From the NCBI GenBank assembly GCA_030167865.1, contig JALAGF010005880.1, positions 1-64,000 on the forward strand: DNA of 64,000 nucleotides. The letters run 5' to 3'. The position numbers were made by a program, and so were the translations under genes. The DNA comes from Craspedostauros australis. Taxonomy: Eukaryota. Below, one piece after another: positions 49,040-61,107 of the stretch. Below the pieces are notes generated by a model. It saw nothing but the letters and a program-made list of their open reading frames with translations, was not told where the DNA came from and did not search any database. Position 1 is the stretch's first letter, and every line of letters starts with the position of its first letter.

Positions 49040-50989
49040 TCATTCGCAAGCATTCCGTGAATGTGTGGTCTCTTCGTTGATCCATTTGTCGTCTTTGGCT
49101 GTACCGGGGCCGCTGGGACTGCCAGCACCAGCGCCCGTGCCAGTGCCGCCGTTATCACGGAACTCATCAGAGCCGGAATCAGAGTTAGAAGCCTCGTCGT
49201 CTGAGTTTTGCATGGAACCCAGCTCGTAGTTCCCGAGATGGTCACCGTTCCTTTCGATCCGTTCTGTCTGGGGGGTCGGCCCCCCGAAGTGAGGTATCAG
49301 GAATTCATCGTCCAGACGCTTCCACAGACCCTTCGCCCCGTCGTGAACTCGTCTGGCGGCGATCTCGGGGTACAACGAGGCCATTCGACGTCGCTCAGGT
49401 GAGGGTGGTTGATAGGTGATGCTCGTGAGGTTCCAGTCCTGGGCGCCGTCATCATCGTTACTGAGTGCCATCGACAAGACGCCAGGACGCACATCCTCCT
49501 TCATGCCGAACAGGGTCAGCATTGGCTCGGTGAATCCACCGCAAACCACCGTGGTGAATATGCAAATGGACAGCGTGGCAGTCGCGTAAACCTCCTTGTT
49601 GGGGCCAGGCATGTTCTCGCTGAGGGCGAACGCAATCGCACCACGGAGCCCGGCGAACCACAGCACACACTGCATTTGGATCGGTATCTTGCTGTTCGTG
49701 CTGCTGTTGCGTCTGCACTGGTTGGCAATCCAGCTGAGCGGGAATATGTTGAAGAATCGTCCCACCAGGCAGAATACCAACGCCAAGACGGAGAACTGGA
49801 TATCCCAATTCTCGAATCGTCCCGTGAAAACGCCCATCCCCATGTACACGAAGACCACCGTCTCGGTGATGGTGGCCAGCGTGGAGAAGATTTGCTCCGA
49901 TGCCACGTGCGCCGTCGGGGAGAGGTTGTAGGAGTTGTAATGAGCCAGCACGATGCCCTGGAAGAACAGCGCCATGATGCCGCTTAGGCCCACAGCCTCC
50001 GCAGTGGCGTAGCATAGGTAGCAGAAGGAGAACAGCAACGACGTCTCCAGGTTGGGGTAGTCCGACAGCTGCGTGTGCTTGTACACCCAGCTGACGGTCA
50101 AGCCAAGAAATACTCCCACAAGGACGGAGAGCCCCGACATGGTCACGAATGACAGCAAGGCGCTTGGGACCTCGCTTCCCTTCCAGTCGGGACCCTCGGG
50201 GTCGTAGTACTTGAAGAAGGTTTTGAACAAAACGATCGCGATGGCATCGTTGAGCACGGACTCGCCAAAGACGAGCGAGAACAGGAGCGGGTCGCAGTTC
50301 AACTCCGCGCTGCCCATGATCGATATGGTGGCCACGGGGTCGACAGCGCTGATGAGGGCACCGAACAGCAAGCTTTCCATCGGATTTTCTTGGTCGATGT
50401 CGCGAATTAGCCCGGCCTTGGCGGAGTAAAAGCACAGCAAGCCGACGACGAAGGTCGAGATCAGCGTTCCGAGCATGGCGTACAGGACGATGGCACCGAG
50501 GTTGTCGAAGAACCCCTTTTGGTCCAACGAGTACCCAGCCTCGAAGATGATCGGCGGGAGCAGGACGAAGAAGAAGACCTCTGGCGAGAATTGGAACAGC
50601 TCAAGGTCGTTCGTTGTGAGACGGGCGATGCCACCGATCACAACCCCGATCAGCAATGCACCAGCAGATTCTGGCAGTGAGTATATCCGGAAGCGCTTCA
50701 CGTTGTAGGCCAGGATGATACACGCTATGAGCGTGACGTTCAACGCCAAGGCTGACCACGCATCGAACTCGTGCGCCTCTTCTGCCAGAACGGCATCGTG
50801 GAACGAACTTCCTGCCGACGTCGAATTGGCATCCACGGTGTCGGTACTCGTACTCGTACTCGTAGGTTCCAAAGTGCTGCTGTCGCTGCTGTTGCTGTTG
50901 CCACTGCCGTTGTAACCTCCGCCATCCCCATCCAGGGGAAAGTTGATGTTTTCCTCGGCCATCTGCCGGAATGATAGGCCTTCAAACAT
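49040..50989 (-). CDS. Na+/H+ exchanger (CPA1, NHE8/NHX-like)
   Basis: FSPEVFFFVLLPPIIFEAGYSL, FGALISAVDPVAT, LVFGESVLNDA, WFAGLRGAIAFAL. Start is 50989 or 50962. Confidence 0.96.
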   Translation of the reverse strand: MFEGLSFRQMAEENINFPLDGDGGGYNGSGNSNSSDSSTLEPTSTSTSTDTVDANSTSAGSSFHDAVLAEEAHEFDAWSALALNVTLIACIILAYNVKRFRIYSLPESAGALLIGVVIGGIARLTTNDLELFQFSPEVFFFVLLPPIIFEAGYSLDQKGFFDNLGAIVLYAMLGTLISTFVVGLLCFYSAKAGLIRDIDQENPMESLLFGALISAVDPVATISIMGSAELNCDPLLFSLVFGESVLNDAIAIVLFKTFFKYYDPEGPDWKGSEVPSALLSFVTMSGLSVLVGVFLGLTVSWVYKHTQLSDYPNLETSLLFSFCYLCYATAEAVGLSGIMALFFQGIVLAHYNSYNLSPTAHVASEQIFSTLATITETVVFVYMGMGVFTGRFENWDIQFSVLALVFCLVGRFFNIFPLSWIANQCRRNSSTNSKIPIQMQCVLWFAGLRGAIAFALSENMPGPNKEVYATATLSICIFTTVVCGGFTEPMLTLFGMKEDVRPGVLSMALSNDDDGAQDWNLTSITYQPPSPERRRMASLYPEIAARRVHDGAKGLWKRLDDEFLIPHFGGPTPQTERIERNGDHLGNYELGSMQNSDDEASNSDSGSDEFRDNGGTGTGAGAGSPSGPGTAKDDKWINEETTHSRNACE

Positions 50990-51719
50990 ATTGCGAATCG
51001 AGTAGTGTTCTTCTTGTTGGTACTTTTTCTGCAATCACTTGCACTCTCCGATCAGGAATGATGCATACGTGCGTGTATGGTATGGTACGACTATGTATTG
51101 CTCGGACTCCTGCATCAGCTGGTTGCTTGCGCCATTCTTTTGTCAACAAACACAGAAGTTGGCGCTTTCGGGGAAGAAATAGCCGAACGAGCAGCGAGCA
51201 GCCAGCCGTCCGCGGACGATCCCCATGGACGTGCGCGGTGGTGATGGCTGGTTTGGATTGTCACCGACAGGAATCGGTGTGTTCTCATTCATTGTCCGTT
51301 CATGTTGGTCCGTTTGGAGTATACTAAACGAAAGTCCTCGTTTGTACGTCATTGATTGTTCGACAACAGCATGGTACTGGATATTGAGTCGTGTATCTTC
51401 GGAACTGCACCCAACATCGTCATCTCTGTCCCAAAACAGGCACCTGCAGCCAAAAGATCATGCCGCTTGCGCGTATCATACCGACAACAGTACACACTAC
51501 TACACCACACAACAAACTGAGACAAGCTCCCTCCCTCCTTCTCACAACTTCCAAGCAAGCGCCGCACCCACTGCTCTGCACCATTGTTACTTGCACGTAC
51601 CACATACGGATACACAAACACATCATTACCTTGGTGCTCGATTATTGTAGTCTACCGACGGTACTTCCCGTGAGAGTAAGTAGATTTCGATCAGGAACGC
51701 GAACACACCGTCGACGAAC

Positions 51720-53099
51720 ATGCCCATCCCGAGCGACCGAACTTCATCCACCGCGGTTGCTGTAGTGACATCCACGGCAGCCGCGACAATCGGCGTCTGG
51801 ATGCTGCTGCGGCGCATGAAAGCCGCACGGACGAAACGATTGAGCAGTGATGCAGATGATCCGAACGAGTGCATCTACCTGGACTACAATGGGACGACCC
51901 CAGTGTACCCCGACGTCCTGCAGTCGATGATGCCGTACCTTCGGGAGCACTTTGGCAACCCATCATCGTCGCATGCATACGGCAAAGCGCCTAGAATGGC
52001 AATCGACAAGGCAAGAAATCAGTTGCTCCAACTGCTTGGAGTCGGAGCTGGCCTGCCCACCACGGTGCCGTCATCGTCCGTCTGGTTCACTGCCTGCGGC
52101 ACGGAGTCCGACAATTTGGCGATTCAGTTGGCATTGGAAGCCACGGAGCACACCTTCCAAGGTCAGGAGACCAGGAGGCCGCACATCGTCACGTCGAACG
52201 TGGAACATCCCGCTGTGAGCGAGTATCTGAAGAAGTTGGAAAGGCAAGGACGCATCAGCATCACGTATGTTCCCGTGCAGGGCGATGGCCGCATCCTGGT
52301 GAAAGATGCAATCTCCGCAATCGAGGAGCATGCGGATAACACCATCCTAGTCACCATCATGCTGGCCAACAACGAGTCAGGTGCAATCCAACCGATTCGC
52401 GAAATTTCGCAGCACTGTCGAAGGCGAGGTATCCTCATGCACACGGACGCTGCTCAGGCAGCTGGGAAGATCAGCATCGCGCTCGCAGATATCGGTGACC
52501 CAGACATGGTTTCCATCGTCGGTCACAAGATGGGAGCACCGAAAGGGGTGGCGGCCCTGTATGTGCGCGACGGGTGCATGGAGGAAGAGAATCGAAGGCA
52601 GCTGCCCTCGCGAAGCGGCGTGATGCTTGTTGGAGGCGGCCAGGAGTTTGGAAGGAGAGCTGGCACCGAGAACACACCGTACATAGTTGGTCTGGGAGCA
52701 GCGGCCGAATACGCCTGCAAGTGCCTTCGCGACAACCAAGTCCACTGCGAGAAGCTGAGGGGGCGATTGTTGGAGAAGCTCAGTATCCATCTGGGCAAGG
52801 AGACCGTCCATGCGCACGGTCCAAAAAGTCCCAAAGATCGGCTTCCGAACACTCTGAGCGTGGGGCTGCGCAATGTGCACTCGGGCGAACTTCTCGGTTC
52901 AATTGGCCACAAGGTCGCTGCGTCGGCAGGAGCGACGTGCCACTCCACCACGTCCGTCTCCAGCGTCTTGCAAGCCATGCGAATCCCCAACGACCTTGCT
53001 CGCGGAACCCTGCGGTTGAGCGTGGGTCCCAAAACGACCATGGTGGACGTCGACAGGGCTGCGCTGATCATTGCGAAGGCCGCGAACAAACATCTGTGA
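51720..53099 (+). CDS. NifS/selenocysteine-lyase-like PLP-dependent class V enzyme
   Basis: YLDYNGTTP, GNPSSSH, GTESDN, VEHPAV, HTDAAQ, PLP lysine in VGHKMG, GGGQE..RRAGTEN, catalytic Cys in SAGATCHS. Confidence 0.93.
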   Translation: MPIPSDRTSSTAVAVVTSTAAATIGVWMLLRRMKAARTKRLSSDADDPNECIYLDYNGTTPVYPDVLQSMMPYLREHFGNPSSSHAYGKAPRMAIDKARNQLLQLLGVGAGLPTTVPSSSVWFTACGTESDNLAIQLALEATEHTFQGQETRRPHIVTSNVEHPAVSEYLKKLERQGRISITYVPVQGDGRILVKDAISAIEEHADNTILVTIMLANNESGAIQPIREISQHCRRRGILMHTDAAQAAGKISIALADIGDPDMVSIVGHKMGAPKGVAALYVRDGCMEEENRRQLPSRSGVMLVGGGQEFGRRAGTENTPYIVGLGAAAEYACKCLRDNQVHCEKLRGRLLEKLSIHLGKETVHAHGPKSPKDRLPNTLSVGLRNVHSGELLGSIGHKVAASAGATCHSTTSVSSVLQAMRIPNDLARGTLRLSVGPKTTMVDVDRAALIIAKAANKHL

Positions 53100-53765
53100 T
53101 CGATTTTGTCAGCCCAAGAGGGCTTATGGTCCTCTCGAGTAGTCGGAGCGCGAGTGCAAGGTGGCAAAGGCACACTGAAGGGAAAGTTAAATTAGTGGCT
53201 GTCGTTGTTGAGTTCGTCCTCCTGCTTCGAACTTAGCTGGGCAGGGTGTATTTTAGGCTGGGCAAGTGCATTGCGCCGCATGCATGCATTCGTGGGCAGA
53301 GTGTGCATGAGCAGAGTGCGCATTTTCGCGGATGGGTTTCAAGTCTCCGCAAGGTTCCTGTCCGTATCATCAGATGCGAGACGATCGTGACGGCCTTTGT
53401 GCTGCATGGGACAGTGGATAGATCCGTTTTGGAGTACAGGAAAGAGCAGCGTCCTCCACGACTATTCGCCCCCACTCTAGCCCAGTCCACTCTCCCCCGC
53501 GCGGAAGAACGCAAACCTGCCTGTTCGTCCTATTGGAGTAAAATTAGGAGTATTGTCGCAACTCCCGAATCGAAACCAACGACGAACAACAAGAAACAGA
53601 TCCGAAATTGGATCGACAAGTGGTGGCAAAGCAGAAGAGAGGGTTCGCCCTGCCAACCTCACACACACAAGCACACCAGTGACACAGGCACGAGGCAACA
53701 CTTCGAACAACACGTCCACAGTACGAATAACCTTGCGCATCAAGAACCGACACGTTGGATTGAGA

Positions 53766-55646
53766 ATGATGGGTCCTCGAGGCATCTCAGCTATCGCCGC
53801 GGTTGGCCTGTTGGTTGTCACCAACATGATCCCTGTCGCGCGTGCGATACCGCTGCAAATGACCATCAACCAGCGGGATCTTGACTGCATGTACGAGCAG
53901 CTCGATAAGGAGTGAGTTGCTGCGATTGCTTGGATGTACCGGTGGTGGTGGTGGTGGTGGTGGTGGTGTTTGTCATGGTGGCGGAGACGCTGCCAATCGA
54001 TGCCGTAGTCACATACAGAGCGACACGGTGAGCTAACGGAGAGAGTGCAGGAGAAGACGGAGCTACTGTACGAGTACGCCCATGTAACGTTGCTTCCCGC
54101 GGCCTGCTGCCCGAAATCCTTTGCGCTCGCGGCACAAAGTGCGACACTCTGGTTTTGGCATCATGATGGGTCATCCTACAGCGTGCCAAGGCCGACGATG
54201 TGTCGCGATGTGATTACTCGTGAGAGCGGATTGAATGACCTTGTCCGGTTATTTGAAACTACCAACGGTGGTGGTTGTGCAAAATGCGCCCGTGTATCTC
54301 CTGGCCTGCCCCGCCCGCCCGCCCTGAGCTGCGCGCAATACACTACAGCAAACATGGCACATGGTTCTGCGTCGGTACGAAACCATTCATCTCACACAAT
54401 TCCATGTCTTGCTTTGGTTTGCCTTCGCTGATCATCAACTTGCCACGGCCGATGTTTGACGCCATGCCATCATTCACCGTCCATCTGCCTTCCGCCAACG
54501 AAACATGCTCGTTCTGGCAGCGAGAGCGTAACTATAAGCGCCTTCATCTTGTCTGGTCCAGAGCTCAAGGCGACGTTGACATTTGACGGGCCGATAGCTG
54601 CTGTGGACGAAATCAACACCGCCTCGGAGTTGCAACAGGCGTCGACATCGCACAGGCCAAACAACAGAGAGGGTGAATCGATCGGTTTCTCGACCGCATT
54701 GGATTTCGAGCATCTGCGGCCAGAGGTCGATGACGACGACGATGATCATACCGACAGCGGAGAAGTTGAGATCGAAGGAGAGAGCGACGCCGACAAGAGG
54801 AAGCGCCAACGCGAACAGCAGCGCGATCAGTTCATGGCGGCCAAGGAAAAGCGAGAGAGGATCAGGGCCCTGGAAAAGACGAAGGTCCGCGAGGACGGCG
54901 AACCATTCATTCACACCATGGTCTCGCCCACCAAAGGCTGGTACCGCCTCTGCCTTCTGGCGGATCAGAACCAGGTACGTTGCCAAAACTCTGTGGGCGA
55001 ATGCAGCGTGTTGCTCATGAGAGGACAGCCCCACTGATATGGGCGAGGGGAGAATGCCGATCCAGCGGGAGCGGTGCCTCGCGCGACAGCATGATTGCAA
55101 CAGCTCATCTCACTCCAACGTTTCGTGCTTGCCATCCTCCAAATCGTCCGCAACCTGATGTATTCCTTCGCCGTGCCAATGGCTTGCTTGCTTCGGAACA
55201 TCTGCACGTTGATGTGCACGTGTCTATTTGTCTATGTCTCTGTACCTTGCTGGGGTTCATGGTAGGTTGTGGTGGAACTCGAGCTCCGAAAGGAGTCCGT
55301 GCTCGGATTGAACGAAGATATGCAAGTCAACACATACGAGGAGAAGGCGATGCTCGATGAAGATGAGCTTTTGGAGCAAGACACAGCGGAAGAAGAGGGG
55401 ATCAAAGACGAGGACTTCCAGGAGACGAGGGCTTTGCTGAAAGATCTCCGCAAGATGCTCAACCAAATCCAAACCATGCAACAGCAGGAGCGACGACGAC
55501 TCACAGTGCACGCCGAGACTAGTTCGCATTCCCATTCTCGAATGGTGCTGAGCTCCGTCCTTGACACTGTCCTGTTCATGGCCGTAACCAGCTTCCAAGT
55601 TTACACCATTCGCAAGTGGTTTAGCGGAGCGCCATCTCTTGGATAA
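53766..55646 (+). CDS. p24/emp24 GOLD-domain cargo receptor-like protein
   Basis: Exons 53766-53911, 54521-54974, 55266-55646. Signal peptide, DCMYE, GWYRLC, coiled coil, C-terminal TM ending FQVYTIRKWF. Confidence 0.9.
53941..53968. repeat. (GGT)n microsatellite in p24 intron 1
   Basis: About 9 copies. Confidence 0.9.
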
Positions 55647-56196
55647 GAACGTACCAGCAAGCGAATCCAGGCACGAACAGGCATCAATACCAATACCCAA
55701 TTCCTGCGACCGCCTTTGGCTCAGACCCGGCGAATACGATAACGGAATTGAAGTTCAACATGAAAGCACGCTCCTTGTAATCAATACATGCGATTGGATG
55801 AAGAGTGTTGAGCAGCGAATTTGCATTCACGGCAACCACTGCACCACACACCACCCTATTGAGTTGTTGCTCGGGTAGGCATCAGGGAAGTTGCAGCGGC
55901 GTAGAGGACTCTGAACCATTCCGCTCTCTCTGGAGAGATTGATTCAAGTAAGACATCACATCGAACTACTCAGGCTATCGCTGTGGACGTGGTTGAGGCT
56001 CGTCTGGAAGTGTCACGGCCGGCAACGGTAATGTTTGGTCCTGGGCAGGTGGAGCAGAGCAGAGTGGAGTGTTGGTGCTCATGATATTGGGCGTACTGCT
56101 ATACAAATACCACTAAAGTGCGCTTCCCCATTCATTTGTAACTGAGCGCGTATGGTATCACACTGATCCCTGTGCTGCCTGCGATGACTTGCGGTC

Positions 56197-59100
56197 TCAT
56201 TCGTCCTCGAAGTGCAGCACTGTTATCTTCCTCTTCGTCCCACTGTTCGTTGCCATCAGCGTCATCACCTGCTCAGCAGTGAATGACCTCGTATCCACAT
56301 TGTCAACGGCGATGATCAGATCTCCAGGGAAGACATGGCCGAAGAGGCTGCTGCCATCTTTAACTGTGTGGACGGCCGGTCCGTCCTTGGTAGAATGAAT
56401 CACGATATGTAACTTGCCCGGTGGTGCGAAGCAATCCCTGCAGGCGATGCTCGACATGCGTGAATCTGGGATGCTACCCGCTGTCTTCTGATCGCCACTG
56501 GTCGTGGCGGACGATGGCGAGAGAACCTCGTCTCCTGAAACGTACGACAACGAGTCAGCAGCCTCGAGCTGTTGAGAGCTGGCGTCGTACCTGCTTTGGT
56601 GGTCAGCATCGCCATAACTTGACGATTGTCTGACGTCGGCAATCTTCTTCTCCAACCAGACCAAATCATTGATCAGCTGCTTGCTGGTGGATGCTTGCCC
56701 GTCTTCTGATTCGTGCGATTGAGACGAGCCGATGGATGGCTTCGATCTGTCGCTAGGCGACGAGATTGCCGCAGCTTCCACAGCACTGTGGATGCCGACG
56801 CCTTTCCCCTGCGGCATACTACTGGTCCGGCTTTGATTTGTGTCGTACGGGCTGGATGCATCCCTCTCCTGGGTTTGACGATCGAGATGCGGCACTGTGG
56901 CGATGTCGCCAAAGCGAAACTGTCGCGAAGGGGCGTCAGTACCAACGGTGCCTGAGATGGTGGAATCGTCCATAGAGCTGCAGTCGCTCCTCACCGACCA
57001 ATCCAATGGTTGCATCGCGTTGGTCTGGTACATCGCAGAGCCATCTGCCCCTGCGGTATTCCCAGCGTGCCTTCTGCTGCGATAAGCATCAGATGCATCG
57101 AAGTCGCTATTTAGGCTGGAGGACGGCGAGTACCGTGCTTGACCAGAGCTGAGAGTGCCACCCCTGTCGATCCCGATCGCCTCGGCCAACGGATGGGAGG
57201 CTTCCTCGACGGACGAATCGTTGCCTGTAGTAACATCAAGGAAATCTGCGATGTTGGGTTCCGGAGACAAGCACGGGAGAGCGTTGTTGCCATATCGGTC
57301 GATGAGGGTCTGGTTGAATCGGCCGCCCTTCAGGCCTCCCTTCAGAGGCTGTCCGTCAGCTGGAGAAGCAGCGGGCATAGGCCTCGAGACTTGAGGCGAC
57401 ACCTGCTGGCTGCTATCGGATTGGTCGGCAAGGAAACTCCCGATCATCGATGTGGCTCTGGCCGACATCTGTGCAGCCGAACTGGGCTCGTTGTCGTGAT
57501 CAATGACAATCGCAGGCCTCCCAGAGCTGCGTCCTTCCATGTAGTTGCTGTCGTCATCGGCGCTGCTGGGTGATGTCACAATGTTGGGTGGACCTGAGTT
57601 AAGGCTTTGCGCGGGAGTGGGTATCCTCTGGAGGGGATTCGCCGTCCCCGTACTAGTTGGCCTTACCTTGGCGCTTTGTCCCAAGGTGATCACCTCCATT
57701 GGGTTGGCAGTTGGCGAGCCCCCGGCAGGTACGGAAGCATTGGCATCCTCTCCTCCTTGTCGAGTTGCTGCTGCTGTGTCCTCTTCGATCGATTTTGAGA
57801 CATCCGATGATCTCTGCGACACTTCTTCCTCGATGTTGTCCAGAGTCGTGTCCATGTGGAACGAGAAGCCAGAGAAGTTGTTCGATGTGTTACTGCCGGC
57901 GGGGATCGGGGACTGCTTCGGTGACAGCATGAAGGAGCCCATGTTGTTTTGCTCCTTTCTTTCTGGATTTTCCTGCTGCTGCTGCTGTTGTTGTTGTTGT
58001 CGGTGTTCTCGCTGCATGTCAGTAGACTTGATTCGCACCCAGTCTCTGCTTCCACCAATCGCATGGACCGAGGAAACATCGTTGATGGAAACAAACACAT
58101 CCGCGGAAGCGCCTTCGGTGCTGTTTGGAGAGTAAACCGCCTCTGCGCCTTCCGCGTCTTCGATAGGACCGAATGATGCTGCGTGGCCTTCGTCAGCGTC
58201 GTTGTACTCACTGGATGTTATCGAGTTGTCTGCAGGATCATTGTGGCGGGTTCCCCACTGAATTGGCGAGCCGAGTACTCCGGGCATATGCTGCATGGGG
58301 TGGAGGACTTGTCCATTCTTCGGCGTGCGGATGATACCAGCACCGGCGCCAGCACCGGTGTGATAGTCTGAGGTGCTCGCAAGCGAAGGTTCCGATTCCA
58401 TTCCTGTGCTGTGCGATGGCTCGGACAGGGACATCGATGCCTCGGTCCCGCTGTCGTAGTGCATGGATGCAGGCAGGTGGATGACCGGTGCGCTTTCAAG
58501 GCTGTCGTCAATGCTGTACTCGTCAACGCCCCCCACGACGAAAATCTGCTTGCTCTCGTCGTCCTCCGTTTTTCGTCTTCGCTTGAGCAAGAAGAAGGCT
58601 GCAAGGGACATTACTGCTGCGCCTGCAAGGACCGAAGGGACGATGGTGCTCAACGACCCACCGTTGGTGTCCACCTGCCCTCGCGATTCGTCAGTCGGTG
58701 CTGGAGGAGGTTCCACCACTGGCGTCACAGGCTGCGGTGAAGGTGTGGGTGCTGCAGTTGGGGATGGCGTCGGGTACTCCACGCGTCTTGCGGTGTACAC
58801 GTCTTTCAGCTCCTCGTGTTGGAAGTATGCGATGTTCGATATGAAGAACGTAAGATCTGTCATTACCGACTCCATGATGGTCTCCACCTCTTCATCTTGG
58901 GGGGATGGCTCGCTGTCAAATTGGACGGTGACCTGAGCCTCCAACTGCGTCCCTGTCTCCTGCAAGTGTCTGGCCCGTCGGCCTGGCTCGCCCGTTGACT
59001 CAATTGGCACATGGGTGAGAATCCGGCTACTGACGAGGTCTACTTCGTTGTATTCGTTGTCGTATACCGCCCGGAGCTCAGCGATCAAGAACTTGTTCAA

Positions 59101-59394
59101 CGCTGCCTGGACGACCTCAATGGCGGAGTCGGACAGCTCACCCTGTGTTTCCGCAATCTCTAGCAGAAACGGCGATAACACCTTTGGATCAGAATCATCG
59201 GAGTTCGTGACGAGCTGTGTTCGACGATTGGGGCGTTGATCTTGGTCAAGGGGAAATTGTTGCTTTCGCAAGTTGTACATGGAATGTGGTCGCTGGACAC
59301 TTTCGCTCTCGTTTCTCTGCTGTGCATGACAACGTAGTCCGGTCAGGCCCAGAGCTACCAGCACGCTCCACAGGCAAAACCCCATGGTCTTCAT
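56197..59394 (-). CDS. Type I membrane protein with signal peptide, short ectodomain, long Ser-rich cytosolic tail and C-terminal PDZ-like domain
   Basis: MKTMGFCLWSVLVALGL leader, PTPSPTAAP stalk, TM IVPSVLAGAAVMSLAAFFLL-KRRRK, and terminal APPGKLHIVIHSTKDGPAVHTVKDGSSLFG..FPGDLIIAVDNVDTR. Confidence 0.88.
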   Translation of the reverse strand: MKTMGFCLWSVLVALGLTGLRCHAQQRNESESVQRPHSMYNLRKQQFPLDQDQRPNRRTQLVTNSDDSDPKVLSPFLLEIAETQGELSDSAIEVVQAALNKFLIAELRAVYDNEYNEVDLVSSRILTHVPIESTGEPGRRARHLQETGTQLEAQVTVQFDSEPSPQDEEVETIMESVMTDLTFFISNIAYFQHEELKDVYTARRVEYPTPSPTAAPTPSPQPVTPVVEPPPAPTDESRGQVDTNGGSLSTIVPSVLAGAAVMSLAAFFLLKRRRKTEDDESKQIFVVGGVDEYSIDDSLESAPVIHLPASMHYDSGTEASMSLSEPSHSTGMESEPSLASTSDYHTGAGAGAGIIRTPKNGQVLHPMQHMPGVLGSPIQWGTRHNDPADNSITSSEYNDADEGHAASFGPIEDAEGAEAVYSPNSTEGASADVFVSINDVSSVHAIGGSRDWVRIKSTDMQREHRQQQQQQQQQENPERKEQNNMGSFMLSPKQSPIPAGSNTSNNFSGFSFHMDTTLDNIEEEVSQRSSDVSKSIEEDTAAATRQGGEDANASVPAGGSPTANPMEVITLGQSAKVRPTSTGTANPLQRIPTPAQSLNSGPPNIVTSPSSADDDSNYMEGRSSGRPAIVIDHDNEPSSAAQMSARATSMIGSFLADQSDSSQQVSPQVSRPMPAASPADGQPLKGGLKGGRFNQTLIDRYGNNALPCLSPEPNIADFLDVTTGNDSSVEEASHPLAEAIGIDRGGTLSSGQARYSPSSSLNSDFDASDAYRSRRHAGNTAGADGSAMYQTNAMQPLDWSVRSDCSSMDDSTISGTVGTDAPSRQFRFGDIATVPHLDRQTQERDASSPYDTNQSRTSSMPQGKGVGIHSAVEAAAISSPSDRSKPSIGSSQSHESEDGQASTSKQLINDLVWLEKKIADVRQSSSYGDADHQSRYDASSQQLEAADSLSYVSGDEVLSPSSATTSGDQKTAGSIPDSRMSSIACRDCFAPPGKLHIVIHSTKDGPAVHTVKDGSSLFGHVFPGDLIIAVDNVDTRSFTAEQVMTLMATNSGTKRKITVLHFEDE

Positions 59395-59748
59395 GCTTCT
59401 TGCTACCCCTTTTGTTGCGTGATGGAAGACTGTAGGGGAACTGACTTGCTTGGGATCTCAATGCTTCGCTTGCGATGGAAACGTCTGGCGACTACGATTG
59501 TTTGGTGGAGATGGATGGAGGCCGTTGCGGTCTCTTGTGTTGTGATCTATCTTTTGCTTTGTCTTAAAGCCGACAGTGTTGCAGTCGGTGACGTTCTCGG
59601 CTCGTTTCTGATATGAGCTGTGGCAATCCCTGTCAACGTCGTTGCGTCCTGTAGCGTTGTGTGAGATGGATGCGGTTGTTGCGGTGTTATGCCGTTATGT
59701 CGTTATGTCGTGATGCTGTTATACTGTTATTCTGTTGTCGCCATCGAA

Positions 59749-59774
59749 GTTGTTGTTGTTGTTGTTGTTGTTGT
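59749..59774. repeat. (GTT)n microsatellite
   Basis: About 8 copies. Confidence 0.9.
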
Positions 59775-61107
59775 ATGAGGTTTGTTCCGTTTGTGTTTGT
59801 GATTGCTGCCGTTGATGTCGTGGATGCCGTTGTTGTGGTAACCGCCAACGTCATGGATGCACTCACGGACAGCGTCCTCGTGTGTCCACTATTGGAGTAT
59901 AGTGCCTACAGTTCACGCCACAGTGCAATTGGAGTTGCTGCTGCCGCTCCTATTGCTGTTGGGGGATGTCAACTACAGCTAGTTGGAGGGGGTGGAGACG
60001 CCAGGGCTCTGTTGTGTGAACGGAGTTGTGCCACAGTATTGTAGGCCTCTCCTCCATCCTCAAGGGTTGGTTTTGTGGCGGTTGTGGTGTGGATTTGTGA
60101 CAGATCGGAAGCAAAAAGTGAGAACCCACAAACGACATGTTGTATTGATGTATTCCTCAGAACTGGATAATTTTGAATGTAAAGCACCCGCAACGGGCTT
60201 TTGCAACGAGAACCAGTACCGCCCAAGTACTACAAAGACGGTACTACTCCACAACAGAACCCAGAGAAGAACTGGAGAAGAGGACATGAGTAGCAGTATT
60301 GTAGTTGTACACATAACACAAGCAACCACGAATACTTCAGAATAGAGGGTAGAGTTTGCCATGCTATGCTATTTTATATCATGTGTCAGACTCGTAATCA
60401 ACGGACATGTTTGGAATGATCAACAGAGTGTCTGTGCTCCCTGTCTACGAGGAGAGAGAGAGAGATTTGCATCCTCTGTATTTGAGAGAATACTTACTGC
60501 TCCCGAGAGAGAATACATGACTCGAAAGCGCGCAAGCGTCATTCTATCATGCCGTTCTGTGGAGAAAGACAACCACGACAATTCGTGGAGGACGAGCGAC
60601 CCAAACAGACCGCTCCCTGCGGAGAGTCATGGGTATTATAACAGTACAGCACATACTCCGCAGACACGTCACGGCATGTTTGCGCATGAATGGACATGCT
60701 CTCTTTGGAACAATACCACAATACTTCTGCAAATCTATGCGCCTCTCTCTCTCTCTCTGTAGAGATTCGATGGAGTAAATTTCACGAACTCTATAGACAC
60801 AACGGCGGAGTGGCAATCTACGAGTAAAACAACATAGTATGGAATATGCGAATGGAGTGCCATCCTGGTACGGAGTGCAACCTGCGATATATAAAATAAT
60901 TGTAGAGGAAGCACTTGGCTGCAAACGTGGCGGAGGGGGCAGCGCATGTTTTCTCCCCACCACACCTACGTTGCGTGGATGCATCTCCGTTCGACATCGA
61001 ATCGTGTGCTGCATTTCATTTCGTGGGGCCTCGTCGGACTTGAGCCAGAGCCAGCCCCGGCCTGATTTTCTACACACCTCGCACAGCGCGCCATGCAGTT
61101 GGGGCGC

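Noticed and set aside
49458..50435. 325-aa alternate-frame ORF over the Na+/H+ exchanger (similarly 30361-31242, which spans the WW-gene intron)
   Set aside because: R/H/P-rich or motif-free off-frame translations overlapping well-supported gene models.
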